From: Candidatus Poribacteria bacterium
GTDB taxonomy: Bacteria > Poribacteria > WGA-4E > JAJDTR01
Direction: 5' to 3'
DNA length: 64,000 nucleotides
Assembly (NCBI GenBank): GCA_965204085.1
Contig: CBDBEE010000003.1
Span: 1,221,345 to 1,285,344 of the forward strand
Each line of letters begins with the position of its first letter. Positions within the stretch are counted from its first letter, which is position 1. The notes beneath the pieces were generated by a model. That model searched no databases. It saw only the letters and a list, made by a program, of their open reading frames with translations, and was not told the DNA's origin. The position numbers and the translations under genes are program-made. Shown one piece after another: positions 19,205 through 29,521 of this stretch.

Positions 19205-19249
19205 GTAGTGTATAATTAGTATTATACACCAATAAAATGCATACGTCAA
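19205..19249 (-). promoter_or_regulatory. Recombinase promoter overlapping a palindromic dif/lox-like site (19205-19232)
   Basis: TTGACG-17 nt-TATAAT on minus strand; site ttggtgtataa-tactaa-ttatacactac. Confidence 0.6.
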
Positions 19250-19450
19250 GCCTAATTTCAAATTTTTTTCATTTTTTCAATTAGTTGTAATGATCAGCTT
19301 GATGTAAGACACTCATAACTGTTGCCCGCTCGGCTTGGATTGCCAAATCCGAGCCTTCATCGGGGAGACGTCAATACACGGGAGCAGTACAACGTGTAAA
19401 CCATCTCGTTGACTAACACAGTTTTTTCAATTAGTTTGGTTAAAAAAATG

Positions 19451-19860
19451 GTAACTGTTTAGTTCGGTCCGAAAAAAGAGAAAAAATTGGTCTAGCATTT
19501 ATTTAGACCTGATCGTCGGTAGGAGGAGCGTTCCTCTAAGGAAGGAGTATCTCTTTGTGGGAGGGGCATCCCTGCCCCGACCGGTCAAGTAAAGTCCGCT
19601 CATTATGTGCAAACGGCGGACCTGCAATGAATTGCACTACTACAAACTGACATCAATCTGTTTTGGAAATGTTGGTTCGTCATGCTGCAATTTAATCCCC
19701 GCTCCTACACCATCAAGCGAACGGATAGTGAGCGATCAAATGAGCGGATAGCGAATGCGATAGCTAATCCTGATAGAGATCCCTGAGCGTAATGTAGGAG
19801 CGACCTCCAGGTCGCGATTTCCTGTTGACGCGTAAGTTCTGGGCTGAACTAAACAATTGC
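19451..19860. mobile_element. 410-bp MITE with GTAACTGTTTAGT ends, carrying several REPs and a cassette array (19712-19784)
   Basis: gtaactgtttagttc / gaactaaacaattgc; perfect 8-bp TSD AAAAAATG. Confidence 0.85.
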
Positions 19861-20041
19861 AAAAAATGAATTGAGTGAGTTGAAAGGGGACGTTGGACGG
19901 TAGGAATACGGTAGGAATGTTGTAGAAACTAGATTCGTTTCCACGATTTTGGGACTTACGCACATAAAATTGTAGGGATGCAATTCATTGCGCTTGAAAT
20001 CAATCTTGATTTTTAAATTAAGGCTATCGGATAAAGAAAAC

Positions 20042-20078
20042 GATTGACTGAGCGATTAGAGAAGACGATAGAAATTCC
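20042..20078 (+). repeat. Degenerate 37-nt cassette
   Basis: gattgactgagcgattagagaagacgatagaaattcc aligns ungapped to the consensus. Confidence 0.55.
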
Positions 20079-20137
20079 ATTGAAACCCTTCAAGGGGTTG
20101 GGTTTTCATCTAACGTCTGGTGGTTGTAGAACCACTA

Positions 20138-22742
20138 CTAATCACTTACTTCCTTTGAATGCCAGAGAGCGGCGATCAAGGCTGTCATCGGAATCGCCAA
20201 CACGAGACCAAGTGTCCCAGCCAGTAACCGCACAATCTCGGCGGCGACGACACCCACACTCAATAGCTCGACCGGCGGAGATTGAAACAGATCCACGTTG
20301 GGTGCAGCCACCGCCAAGACTAACAGCAACCGTGCTCCAAGATACGCAAACACCAGCGTATTCACCATTGTTCCAAGAATGTCGGTGCCCACGTTCATAC
20401 CGGAGGCGATTAGCCGCCACGTCGGCATATTCGGGTTTGCCCGCCGAATCTCCTCCATCGAAGAGGACACCTCGATTCGCGCCGTCAACAGCGACTCCCA
20501 GCACACCCATCAACATGCCCGCCACTAGCAACTGGCTAAAATCGAAAGGCGGCGTTCGCATGGCTTCGACAATATCCGCCGACATGGCATTCTCTAACCC
20601 GGAAAAGTGAAGATACTTCTGCGCGAACATGACAATCATGCCCGACACGAGGATTCCGCCCATGGTTCCCAATACGGCGGAAAACGTCTTTCGGCTGGGT
20701 CCGATTACAAATACAAGTGATACGAACGCGACCATGCCCGAAGTCAGTGTAACGACAAACACAGCGTGTGTCCCACCTGCAATCAGGGGAAGCATAAAGA
20801 AATAGATAATAATGCCCGAAATAATCATGGCGCAGGCGGTACGTACACCTTCAATCCGCCCGACCACGATAATCAGCAGAAACATCAGTCCCAGCATCAA
20901 CACTAAGAAACCGTCGCGCCCATACTCTTGGAGGATATTTACCAAGCTAATCTGATCGGGAGTGCCGCCAACACGACAAAGAACAACATCACCCGGCGTG
21001 GCTGGAATACTCAACAGCGGCATGTTGTGATTCACGATGTTTCGGAGCACGAGCCTCTGTCCCTCATAAAGCCCTGACAACATCTCTATTTCAAGGATGT
21101 GATGTTCCGTATTCGCCTCGTAGATGTTCAGACTGTCTCCAATCCTTCTTATGGCATACGTCTGTTCTCTGTCCCTGTCGGTTATCAACCACCGGCTATC
21201 CTTCCACGCTTTGACTTCGACATCCACATTCTGCGAGAGGGGGATTCCATTGAATTCAAACTCGACTCGCAAACCATTGGGAATCTTCCGATTCTCTAGG
21301 CTATCTGCATACTTCAACTCGGACTCAAACAGAAACTTTGCGTTGGATTCAAGCAGGTTCAAGACCCTTCCTTTGGCATACTCGGACTTGGAAATGACCT
21401 CCCCATTCTCGTCGCGGTGTTCGGTGATTGTTGCGGCAGTGTTATTCAGCCTGTTATAGATAAAAACCGTGCATAGGAGTACGACAATCATTGCGATTGA
21501 AACGGCGAATCTGCCCTTGCCGCGGGGTGTATCGATTTGTAAGAGTTCCTGAAGTTCTTCGGCGGACGGAGCGTTTTCATGGATCTCGGTCAATTCTACC
21601 TTCTTGTATTTCGTCAGGATTCCGGCAACGGCAGCCGCGATTGGAACCGTCAAAACCAAGCCAATTGTTCCCACAATCGCCTGAATAATGGCAACCGATG
21701 TTGCCTCGTCATTCGCCAACCGGAGGAAGGGGTAAAGCACACCGACCTCGGGGAACTCGATGGTGGGGAGCAGCATGGTGATTAGGTGCGCGCCGAGATA
21801 CGCGAAAATAAGCGTGTCCGCCATCGTTCCCATGATATCCCTACCCACGTTCAGCCCGGCACGAATGGCTTGGCGAACCGTAATATTCGGGTTGACCTGC
21901 TTCACCTCATGCACAGACGAGGATATGGACATTCCGACATCCATCATCGCGCCAACGGCGCCAAGGATGATACCCGCGGACAGTATCCCCGCGAAATTCC
22001 AGGCGTGCGAGCTTTCCGTTCGCCAGAGCGCGATCCCGAGTTCCAAAAAACCGAACTCCTCCGCCAGACCGGTAAGCACCATGACTTTTTGGCTGATCAA
22101 GGAAAGAATCCCGACAGCAGCCAAGCCTCCAAGCGTTCCCAAGACGCCGGAGATTACCTTGAAGCTGAATCCGGTAATGGTCACGAATGTCACTATCGTC
22201 AAGAACGCGGCTATGCCCAAAGCGACGGTAATCGGATTATAGCCGCGCACCATCAGAGGCACGAGGATGTAGAGTACGCTCAAACCCGTGAAAAAAAGTG
22301 TCAGTATGGCTCGTATCCCCTTCATCCCCGCAACGAGGATTATCAATGTGCCCAGCAACCATGCGAGATACAGGAGAAAAGGCGTTCGAAAGTACGCCCC
22401 CATGCGAACTTCATTGATTTTCGTTTGGTTTTGGTGCCTGAGCGGGATTTCAAGAAACAGTATATCGTTTCTTTTGATGGTGCGGTCACTAAATTCCCGC
22501 CCTATCCAGATGTTATCTACACGGACTGTTTCCCCGCGGAATTGCCCGGAGAGAATGCGAAACGTGAGAATCTGGTCGACGTTCTCGCTCGTGTCCACGT
22601 TGACGACGCGCCCGAGGCAGATTAACTTCCTTAAAGCGCCGTGATGCACTACCTCGGCGAACCGAAACAATTTCCAATGCAACAAAACAACAATGGCAGA
22701 GAGTGCGAGAATGCCAATGATTTTCAATTTCTTCTCATTCAT
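20138..22742 (-). CDS. Tandem double YibE/F-family membrane protein with a 1-nt frameshift near 20477
   Basis: Two copies of the G..D....S..E..NP...G.N.G.DI.GTM..TL.FAY.G motif; the second continues in the 20138-20506 frame. Confidence 0.85.
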
Positions 22743-23033
22743 TCAAGGGTTTCCTCTTTCACCGTCTTCTCAAGATATCATCTATATTACAATATTACAA
22801 TTCATCCGCACCATTCGGAGCACCGCGTTTGCACCCTCCTGTGCAGCGTCGACGTTTATAATCGAATCACGATACGTGTTTGCACGAAGTCTTGCCTCTT
22901 GCCCTACAACAATGTCCTCAACCTAGCAAGTTTAATGCCTTTGGAGTCGGTATGAACATTCGGTTTACAAAGATAGGTCATGATAGGGCGGTTTTCGGCA
23001 TACGGATACGCCTTCGGGTTAGCGATTCAATCT

Positions 23034-23249
23034 GTAACTGTTTAGTCTATTGATTTCTAGGGCGCGTGCAGGAAAATCGCTTTTGGATTTAAGCGATTTT
23101 TCGCCATATTTTTGTAGGGTCACCCCTTGTGGAAGTCCATTGCTAGCCGTTAACCACTACTTTTAGATTCGTAGTAAGGCAATTCATTGCCCGTCTTTAT
23201 GACTTTAAAGTTCTTACTAACCACTAATCACTAGCCACTAACCACTTTC
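23034..23249. mobile_element. 216-bp MITE with GTAACTGTTTAGT end and internal REP
   Basis: Perfect 8-bp TSD TTCAATCT; similar to 6503-6719 at both ends. Confidence 0.85.
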
Positions 23250-23602
23250 TTCAATCTTAACAAACCTTTCCGATTACCGTCAATAAAATGCGCGTCTGTT
23301 CTGGGTTCTGTTGACATTTAACAAATTGAACCTATATCCATTCCAGGATTTCGACCAAATGCGCCTCGAGGCGATTTGAGATAACTTCAAGATTCCAGCG
23401 TGTTACGTGACTCATATCGTGGAGCGAGGTTACCTCGCCCCATAGGGGTCGACTTAAGAGAGTTCGTCTAGTGTTCTCCGTAGGTTTTGCTGTTACAAAC
23501 CCCTTACTCACGGCTGTATATCTCGGCGGTTTTAGTCACGCCTCGGAAGAATGTCAACAGCACCTAGCTAATAAGAAAAAACGAAAAATAATCCACAAAA
23601 AG

Positions 23603-23631
23603 TTGACAAAATTCGCAAATCTCTGTATAGT
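23603..23631 (+). promoter_or_regulatory. Sigma70-like promoter
   Basis: TTGACA-17 nt-TATAGT. Confidence 0.5.
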
Positions 23632-23837
23632 ACTAGTTATCTGGTGGATGATTTTCAATGACATACTATATCTGGAATGTTAGCGCCTTAGACCGTCAAA
23701 ACCATTGCTAACCGTGCTTTCTAGCGTGTCAGTATACAGTATGTCATTTGTGTTTGAATACAATATATGCTAGCATCATCCCATAGAATTTTGCCGTTTC
23801 ATCGTTCCCCCAACAGGAATAATTATAAGAGATTCAG

Positions 23838-24860
23838 ATGACAAATATCCCGTTCTTCTTTATCGTTTTGTGGTGTTTCTTGCAAGTGGCTCTCCCTCAC
23901 TCTATCTCAGCACAATCAACTACGACACAACCAACGGAAGATTCCACCGAGAAGACGCAGTCTCTCGACATTCATGAGGAGAAACCAACGGACAACTCGG
24001 ATTCGGATAGTAAGTCATCAAATATCGTTGAGAGTGTGGAGGCGAGTCAACAGGTTGTGCAAATCGGCGGAAATTATCACCTAAGTCCGAGGGAGGCGGT
24101 AGAGAGTTTGGTTGTAATTGGCGGCAACCTGACGCTTCGAGGCAAGGTCACTAACGACGTGCTGGTTCTAAAGGGTAACGTTGAGGTGCAAGATGGAGCA
24201 GAGGTCCTCGGCAGCGTCACCACGGTTTTAGGGAAGATTCGGGGCAAAGAACATCTGGAGGGTATTCACCAAGAAGTTAACGGCTGGAAGTTCATTCCCG
24301 CTTCCGCATGGCTAATCATGCGACCGCAGGAGGCGTGGGGAATGGGGAAGTCTGCGAAATTCGGCTGGGGCGTGTTGACGTTCATCGCACTAACATTGGT
24401 TCACATCACGGTTTATGCCGTATTCCCTCAGCGGATGAACGCCATGGCACACATAATCTCTCATCGTCCCATAGGTAGCACGCTGCTTGGACTGATTGTG
24501 CTAATCGTCGCCCCATGTCTTATAACCGTGTTGGTACTGTCAATCATCGGCATCCCGTTTGTGGTGTTGTTTATCTCGATCTTGCTTCCGATTGCAATCT
24601 ATGGTAAGACGGCAATCTTCCTATCAATGGGGCAGACAATTTTTTCCAACCAACCAAAGGTTGTGGCAGTTGTTGCGGGTTATTGGATTTATTTCATGGC
24701 AACTTCCATTCCTCACGTGGGTTTACCCATGTTCCTCGTCGCTAACACCATCGCAGTCGGTATCTGTCTCAGGACGGTGTTTGGTCGGAAATCGGGACAA
24801 AGCGCGCCGCCGTTCGCTCACCGAAACCCTCTCCTCGACAAATACCGGCAAGCGGATTGA
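23838..24860 (+). CDS. Membrane protein with bactofilin-like beta-helix domain and C-terminal TM bundle
   Basis: Signal peptide, repeated V.IGG.L.L.G.V..DV motifs, LSIIGIPF TM motif. Confidence 0.8.
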   Translation: MTNIPFFFIVLWCFLQVALPHSISAQSTTTQPTEDSTEKTQSLDIHEEKPTDNSDSDSKSSNIVESVEASQQVVQIGGNYHLSPREAVESLVVIGGNLTLRGKVTNDVLVLKGNVEVQDGAEVLGSVTTVLGKIRGKEHLEGIHQEVNGWKFIPASAWLIMRPQEAWGMGKSAKFGWGVLTFIALTLVHITVYAVFPQRMNAMAHIISHRPIGSTLLGLIVLIVAPCLITVLVLSIIGIPFVVLFISILLPIAIYGKTAIFLSMGQTIFSNQPKVVAVVAGYWIYFMATSIPHVGLPMFLVANTIAVGICLRTVFGRKSGQSAPPFAHRNPLLDKYRQAD

Positions 24861-24955
24861 CCAAGGGGCCGTAGGTAGCAACCGAGCAATACATCTCCAA
24901 ACTAACTACCATCTTTATCCTCTCACCGCGAACCCAATCAAGGAGCGACACATCC

Positions 24956-25936
24956 ATGGCACAACACTCGGACGAGCTTTTTAGTACGGATGATTGGGTC
25001 GAGATTTATCGCACTGGGGATGAGTGGGAGGTCAAGTTGATCGAGGCAACGCTGCAGAATCAACAGATTCGGTGTCGTCCGGACTATGACAGAAAATCGC
25101 GTCAAACCACCATTTTCGTTGCGCCGGAGTATCAAGTCGACGCCCTTGAGCTTGTGAGCAGGATTGGCTTGGTCATTACGGACAACCAAAGCTCAACACC
25201 CGGCTCGGACGAGGATGGAGGTAACGGGGATCAGACTGTTCCACAGGTAATTGATGAGGAGGACAATTTTCCAAAATCAACAGCTACCGCCCTTGAAGAG
25301 GTCACTGTTGCCGAGCGAGAAGGCATTGGAGAGATCATTCACTACATTGGACGTGGGTATGAATTGTGCGTAGGTCCCGAACCCTACGGCATTGTTGAAG
25401 AAGACCGATGGGAGGAATTTACCGATCTGAGCGCACAGCGCCACGAATTCTCCATTCTCCTCAGGCATGAATATCCGGAACTTCTCGCGTGGCTCAAGCA
25501 TGAAAAATTGATGGCAGAGTTCATTCGACTGGTCGAATCCACCTACCGTGATGTCCCGCCGCCTCGGGGGCAGCGCAATCGTCGGTCAAATCAGTCGCAC
25601 TCGGCTACTCAACACACCGGAATCGATTCGACTGAGACGAAAGTCCCCAAGATTGCAAAAATCAGCCTCTGGATTTCGCTTGTTTCGTTGCTTGCCGCCT
25701 TTATCCAGTTGCCTTTGTATGCGTGCACCGTGCTTTCCGTGTTGGGAATTGGACTAGCGCTGCTAGGGGCGTACAGGATTAATACCGAGCACAGCGGACT
25801 CAAAGGAACACCCCTGGTACTAATTGCCATAATCCTCGCCATTCTTGCACTTGTCATTGGGTGGAAACAGTCTCAGACCAGTCCGGGACAACCGGATGCG
25901 CGCATTGAGAACACCGAGACAGAGAGCGCCAGATGA
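24956..25936 (+). CDS. Hypothetical protein with DUF2007-like N-terminus and DUF4190-like TM C-terminus
   Basis: WVEIY...EVKLI.ATL....I; three C-terminal TM helices; RBS AAGGAG. Confidence 0.7.
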   Translation: MAQHSDELFSTDDWVEIYRTGDEWEVKLIEATLQNQQIRCRPDYDRKSRQTTIFVAPEYQVDALELVSRIGLVITDNQSSTPGSDEDGGNGDQTVPQVIDEEDNFPKSTATALEEVTVAEREGIGEIIHYIGRGYELCVGPEPYGIVEEDRWEEFTDLSAQRHEFSILLRHEYPELLAWLKHEKLMAEFIRLVESTYRDVPPPRGQRNRRSNQSHSATQHTGIDSTETKVPKIAKISLWISLVSLLAAFIQLPLYACTVLSVLGIGLALLGAYRINTEHSGLKGTPLVLIAIILAILALVIGWKQSQTSPGQPDARIENTETESAR

Positions 25937-25959
25937 AACTCTGAAACCAAGACCAAAAT

Positions 25960-26649
25960 ATGTCCTGTTGCACCATTGTTTTTGCCAAGAATCCTGTGCC
26001 AGGTCAGGTAAAAACCCGTCTACTTCCTCTCCTTTCACCGGAACAAGCGGCATCACTCTATCAAGCCTTCTTGGTCGACTGGTGTAGCGCGCTTTCCACA
26101 TTCCCGACGAGCGATATGGTTATAGCTTACTCGCCGTCCGACGCTTTACGTGAGTTAAAAATTTTGCTTGGGGAACATGCGGTTTACATCCCTCAAGGGG
26201 AATCGGATTTGGGTGAACGGTTGACCGCAGCGTCGCGGTGGGCTTGCGATCAGGACTACGAAAAGTTCCTGCTCGTTGGCTCCGACAGCCCGACGCTTCC
26301 AATGGCGTACATCGAGCGATCAATGGAGTTATTGGATTCCCGTGATATTGCCATCGGTCCGAGCACTGATGGTGGATATTACCTCATCGGGTTCTCCAAA
26401 CGCGGCGCGGCACGCACAATTCCTGTTATATTTAAGGACATTGCGTGGAGCTCGGAACACGTGCTTCGGGGGACACTTGAGAGAGTCGACTCGACCAACG
26501 CAAAACTTGGGTTGTTGCCGCTGTGGTACGATGTGGATACTCCGTCCGATTTGCGGTTTTTGCGAGACCACTTGCTTGCCATGCGCCTCGCCGGCCGCCG
26601 AGTGCCATGTCCGAGGACAGAACACGAATTAGATAGGTGGTTCGGTTGA
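25960..26649 (+). CDS. TIGR04282/DUF2064-type glycosyltransferase-like protein
   Basis: FAKNPVPGQVKTRL, QG.DLGERL, GSDSP, GPSTDGGYYLIG, WYDVD. Confidence 0.9.
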   Translation: MSCCTIVFAKNPVPGQVKTRLLPLLSPEQAASLYQAFLVDWCSALSTFPTSDMVIAYSPSDALRELKILLGEHAVYIPQGESDLGERLTAASRWACDQDYEKFLLVGSDSPTLPMAYIERSMELLDSRDIAIGPSTDGGYYLIGFSKRGAARTIPVIFKDIAWSSEHVLRGTLERVDSTNAKLGLLPLWYDVDTPSDLRFLRDHLLAMRLAGRRVPCPRTEHELDRWFG

Positions 26650-26957
26650 ACAAAAGACCATACCCCATGCCGTGAACCTCGATTGCGCAACCCCATCTGC
26701 CTAGAACTGATACATATCCGCGAGAAACCTAATCTATACGTTTCACGCTACGATTTCGAGAATTTTGCACATCGCGTTTTTCCGTTTTCCGCATCACTTA
26801 CCGTGCTCCCTTCCACCCTTGACGCTCCCCTACCAATATGTTATTATTCTCAACGTACGAATTTCCGGCGATCTTGACGCCGACGTTCCTTACAAAGAGG
26901 ATGCATCCTGCTTGGGTTGTGGAAAGGAATCCTGCCCGTATGTGCGGTGGAAGAAAG

Positions 26958-27518
26958 GTGATTGATGACGCCATTGATGTTGCCGAAGAGGCACATAGTG
27001 GCCAATTTCGCAAGGGCAGCGACATCCCGTACATTTCCCATCCGCGTGCCGTGGCTCGTATCCTCTCGGACGCAGGTTGTTCGGAGGAGATGGTTGTCGC
27101 GGGCATTCTTCACGATACGGTTGAAGATACCTCTCTTACTCTCGACTATATCCGCGAGAAGTTTGGCAGTGGAGTGGCGCAGATTGTGCAGGGATGTTCG
27201 GAACCGGACAAATCGTTGCCGTGGGAGCAGCGGAAACAGCATACGGTGGAATTCTTGAAAACCGCTTCGCTTGAGGTACGCGCGGTTACGTGCGCCGACA
27301 AACTTCATAATCTTCTCACAATCATTGCCGATTACGAGATTGTCGGGGACAATGTTTGGGATCGCTTTAGCAGGGGGAAGGGCGCGCAGGAATGGTACTA
27401 CCGTGAACTGGTAGCTAGCCTGTGCGACCAACCGGATTGCCAAAGGGCGGGGACGATTTTTCAGCAGTTCAGGGATAGTGTGGAGACACTCTTTGGCACC
27501 TTGAACACTCGGGATTAG
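26958..27518 (+). CDS. Stand-alone HD-domain (p)ppGpp hydrolase-like protein (SAH/Mesh1-like)
   Basis: AHSGQFRKGSDIPYISHP, LHDTVEDT, ADKLHN. Confidence 0.88.
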   Translation: MIDDAIDVAEEAHSGQFRKGSDIPYISHPRAVARILSDAGCSEEMVVAGILHDTVEDTSLTLDYIREKFGSGVAQIVQGCSEPDKSLPWEQRKQHTVEFLKTASLEVRAVTCADKLHNLLTIIADYEIVGDNVWDRFSRGKGAQEWYYRELVASLCDQPDCQRAGTIFQQFRDSVETLFGTLNTRD

Positions 27519-27536
27519 GAAGGGGATTTTGGATTA

Positions 27537-28586
27537 ATGACGAAGAAAAAGATTCGCCTGACCAAGACGGTTGAGTGCGCGGGATGAGCGTCCAAACTGG
27601 ATCCGGGGGATCTGGCACAAGTTTTGAGCGGTTTGCCCGCAATGGACGATCCGAACCTGCTCGTTGGGACGGAGACATCCGATGATGCCGGTGTCTACCA
27701 GCTTAGCGAAGAACTCGCCATCATCAATACGACCGATTATTTTACGCCGATTGTCGACGATCCGTATGACTACGGTGCCATCGCCGCGACTAATTCGCTG
27801 AGTGATGTGTATAGCATGGGGGGCGTCCCCAAAACTGCGTTAAACGTCACCTGTTGGCCCAAGGATCAGCTCGATCTCGGGATTCTCCGCGATGTGCTGC
27901 GCGGCGGAGCCGACAAGGTCAAGCAGGCACAAGCGGTGAGTCTCGGCGGGCATACAGTGACCTCCCAAGAGTTGATGTACGGGCTTGCGGTGACGGGTGT
28001 TGTTCACCCGGATCGGATTGTCAGGAATTTTGGCGCGAAACCGGGCGATGCGTTGGTTCTCACGAAACGGCTCGGTGTCGGCATTCTCACGACGGGATTG
28101 AAGTTCAACAAGATTAGTGAATCTGTGCTTCCGGAAATTGTGGAGTCTATGGCGCGGCTCAACGCCTCGGCGTCGGAAGTGATGCAGAAGCGCAACGCCC
28201 ATGCCTGCACGGATATCACGGGGTTCGGTCTGCTCGGGCACGGTTTTGAGATGGCGCAGGGGAACGGTGTTCGGTTGGAGTTTTTTGCCGGGGAGATTCC
28301 GGTATTTGACGGGGCGTCACAGTTGGTCAAGAAGAAGACCTATACGCGCGCATACGCCGCCAACACAAAGTTCTTGGATGGGGTTGTGGCGTTCGATCCG
28401 GGGGTCTCCGAGGAGATGCGCCATGTGTTACTGGAAGCCGAAACCTCGGGAGGATTGCTATTTGCGGTGCCGGAGTCCGAGGCGGCTGATGCGGTGGCGG
28501 AATTACATGAAGGGGATTGCCCGGAAGCCGCCGTAGTGGGACGGGTGATGGAGTCGTCGAGAGCGGAGATACATGTGTTTGCATAG
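27537..28586 (+). CDS. selD: Selenide,water dikinase, selenoprotein form (TGA 27585 = Sec17)
   Basis: MTKKKIRLTKTVECAG-U-ASKL in frame with DDAGVY, TDYFTP, NSLSDVY, GGHT, DITGFGL. Confidence 0.95.
27598..27617 (+). promoter_or_regulatory. Candidate bacterial SECIS hairpin
   Basis: ctggatcc-ggg-ggatctgg about 10 nt after the UGA, G-rich apical loop. Confidence 0.55.
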
Positions 28587-28674
28587 GGGTAAGTTGCCAT
28601 GGGGTGGTACAGGCGCCGTCCCTTACGAATGGAAGTAGGGCCTACGTGACGGGGTTTAGTATTGGAAATTGGGA

Positions 28675-29187
28675 ATGACGAAAGAGGAACTTGCAGGGAA
28701 GATTAGACAGGTTTCGTACCTGACCGGGGAGTTCACACTGAGATCGGGGAAGACAAGTTCGTTCTACTGGGACAAATACCGATTTGAAAGCGATCCGGCT
28801 TTATTGACGGCTATTGCGACTGAGATGGAGTCGCTTCTGCCTAATGCTTACGATAGGATCGCGGGATTGGAGTTGGGTGGTATTCCCTTGGCGACTGGAT
28901 TGTCGCTGCGCACAGGGAAACCGTGTCTATACGTGCGCAAAGAGGCGAAAACATACGGCACATGCAATCTCGTCGAGGGAGGATTTCAGCCGGGTGACCG
29001 GGTTGTCGTTATTGAGGATGTTATCACGACAGCGGGGCAGGTGTGCGAGTCGCTAGGCGACATACGGGAACGGGGATTGGTCGTCGAGCATGTGGTGTGT
29101 ACGATAGATCGACAGCAGGGCGGGCGTGAAAAGATTGAAGCGCTGGGATGTTCGCTAGGGTCGGTGTTCACTTTGGATCAGCTATGA
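28675..29187 (+). CDS. pyrE: Orotate phosphoribosyltransferase
   Basis: GEFTLRSG, VRKEAKTYGT, VIEDVITTAG. Confidence 0.9.
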   Translation: MTKEELAGKIRQVSYLTGEFTLRSGKTSSFYWDKYRFESDPALLTAIATEMESLLPNAYDRIAGLELGGIPLATGLSLRTGKPCLYVRKEAKTYGTCNLVEGGFQPGDRVVVIEDVITTAGQVCESLGDIRERGLVVEHVVCTIDRQQGGREKIEALGCSLGSVFTLDQL

Positions 29188-29188
29188 C

Positions 29189-29244
29189 GATCGACTGAGC
29201 GGATAGCAAAGGCTATAGCAATTCCTGCGCGATAGTGAATCCTC
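29189..29244 (+). repeat. Cassette array next to a half GAAACCGAG palindrome
   Basis: gatcgactgagcggatagcaaaggctatagcaattcct + gcgcgatagtgaatcctc; only the right arm (29257-29269) of the palindrome is present. Confidence 0.65.
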
Positions 29245-29293
29245 ATTTTCCTCTTGGAGACTCGGTTTCTGTTATCCCTCTGCAACGCTTGCC

Positions 29294-29509
29294 GTAGCTG
29301 TTTAGTTGAACTTATTAGGACAAACTAGAATGGAATCAATCTATTAGGATTTTCTTCTCTCGGTTTGTAGTAGGGCAATTTATTGCCCGTTTTTAAAGAA
29401 ATCAACACACGAGTCGGGGGTAGGTAAGTGAGCGATCAACCGGACGTGCAATGAATTGCACTACTACGAACCAACATTCGCATTATTGATCGGTGGACTA
29501 AACAGTTAC
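29294..29509. mobile_element. 216-bp MITE with two inverted internal REPs
   Basis: gtagctgtttagt / actaaacagttac; perfect 8-bp TSD CGCTTGCC. Confidence 0.88.
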
Positions 29510-29521
29510 CGCTTGCCTATT

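Noticed and set aside
19272-19436. 15-bp direct repeat ttttttcaattagtt as an att site
   Set aside because: Low complexity, only 150 bp apart, and no copy seen at the other side of the islet.
21117-21338. Inserted domain as an intein
   Set aside because: No N-terminal Cys/Ser or C-terminal His-Asn motif, and too short.
25960-28586. Selenoneine (senABC) cluster
   Set aside because: No EgtB-like SenA, and the transferase is TIGR04282-type rather than SenB.
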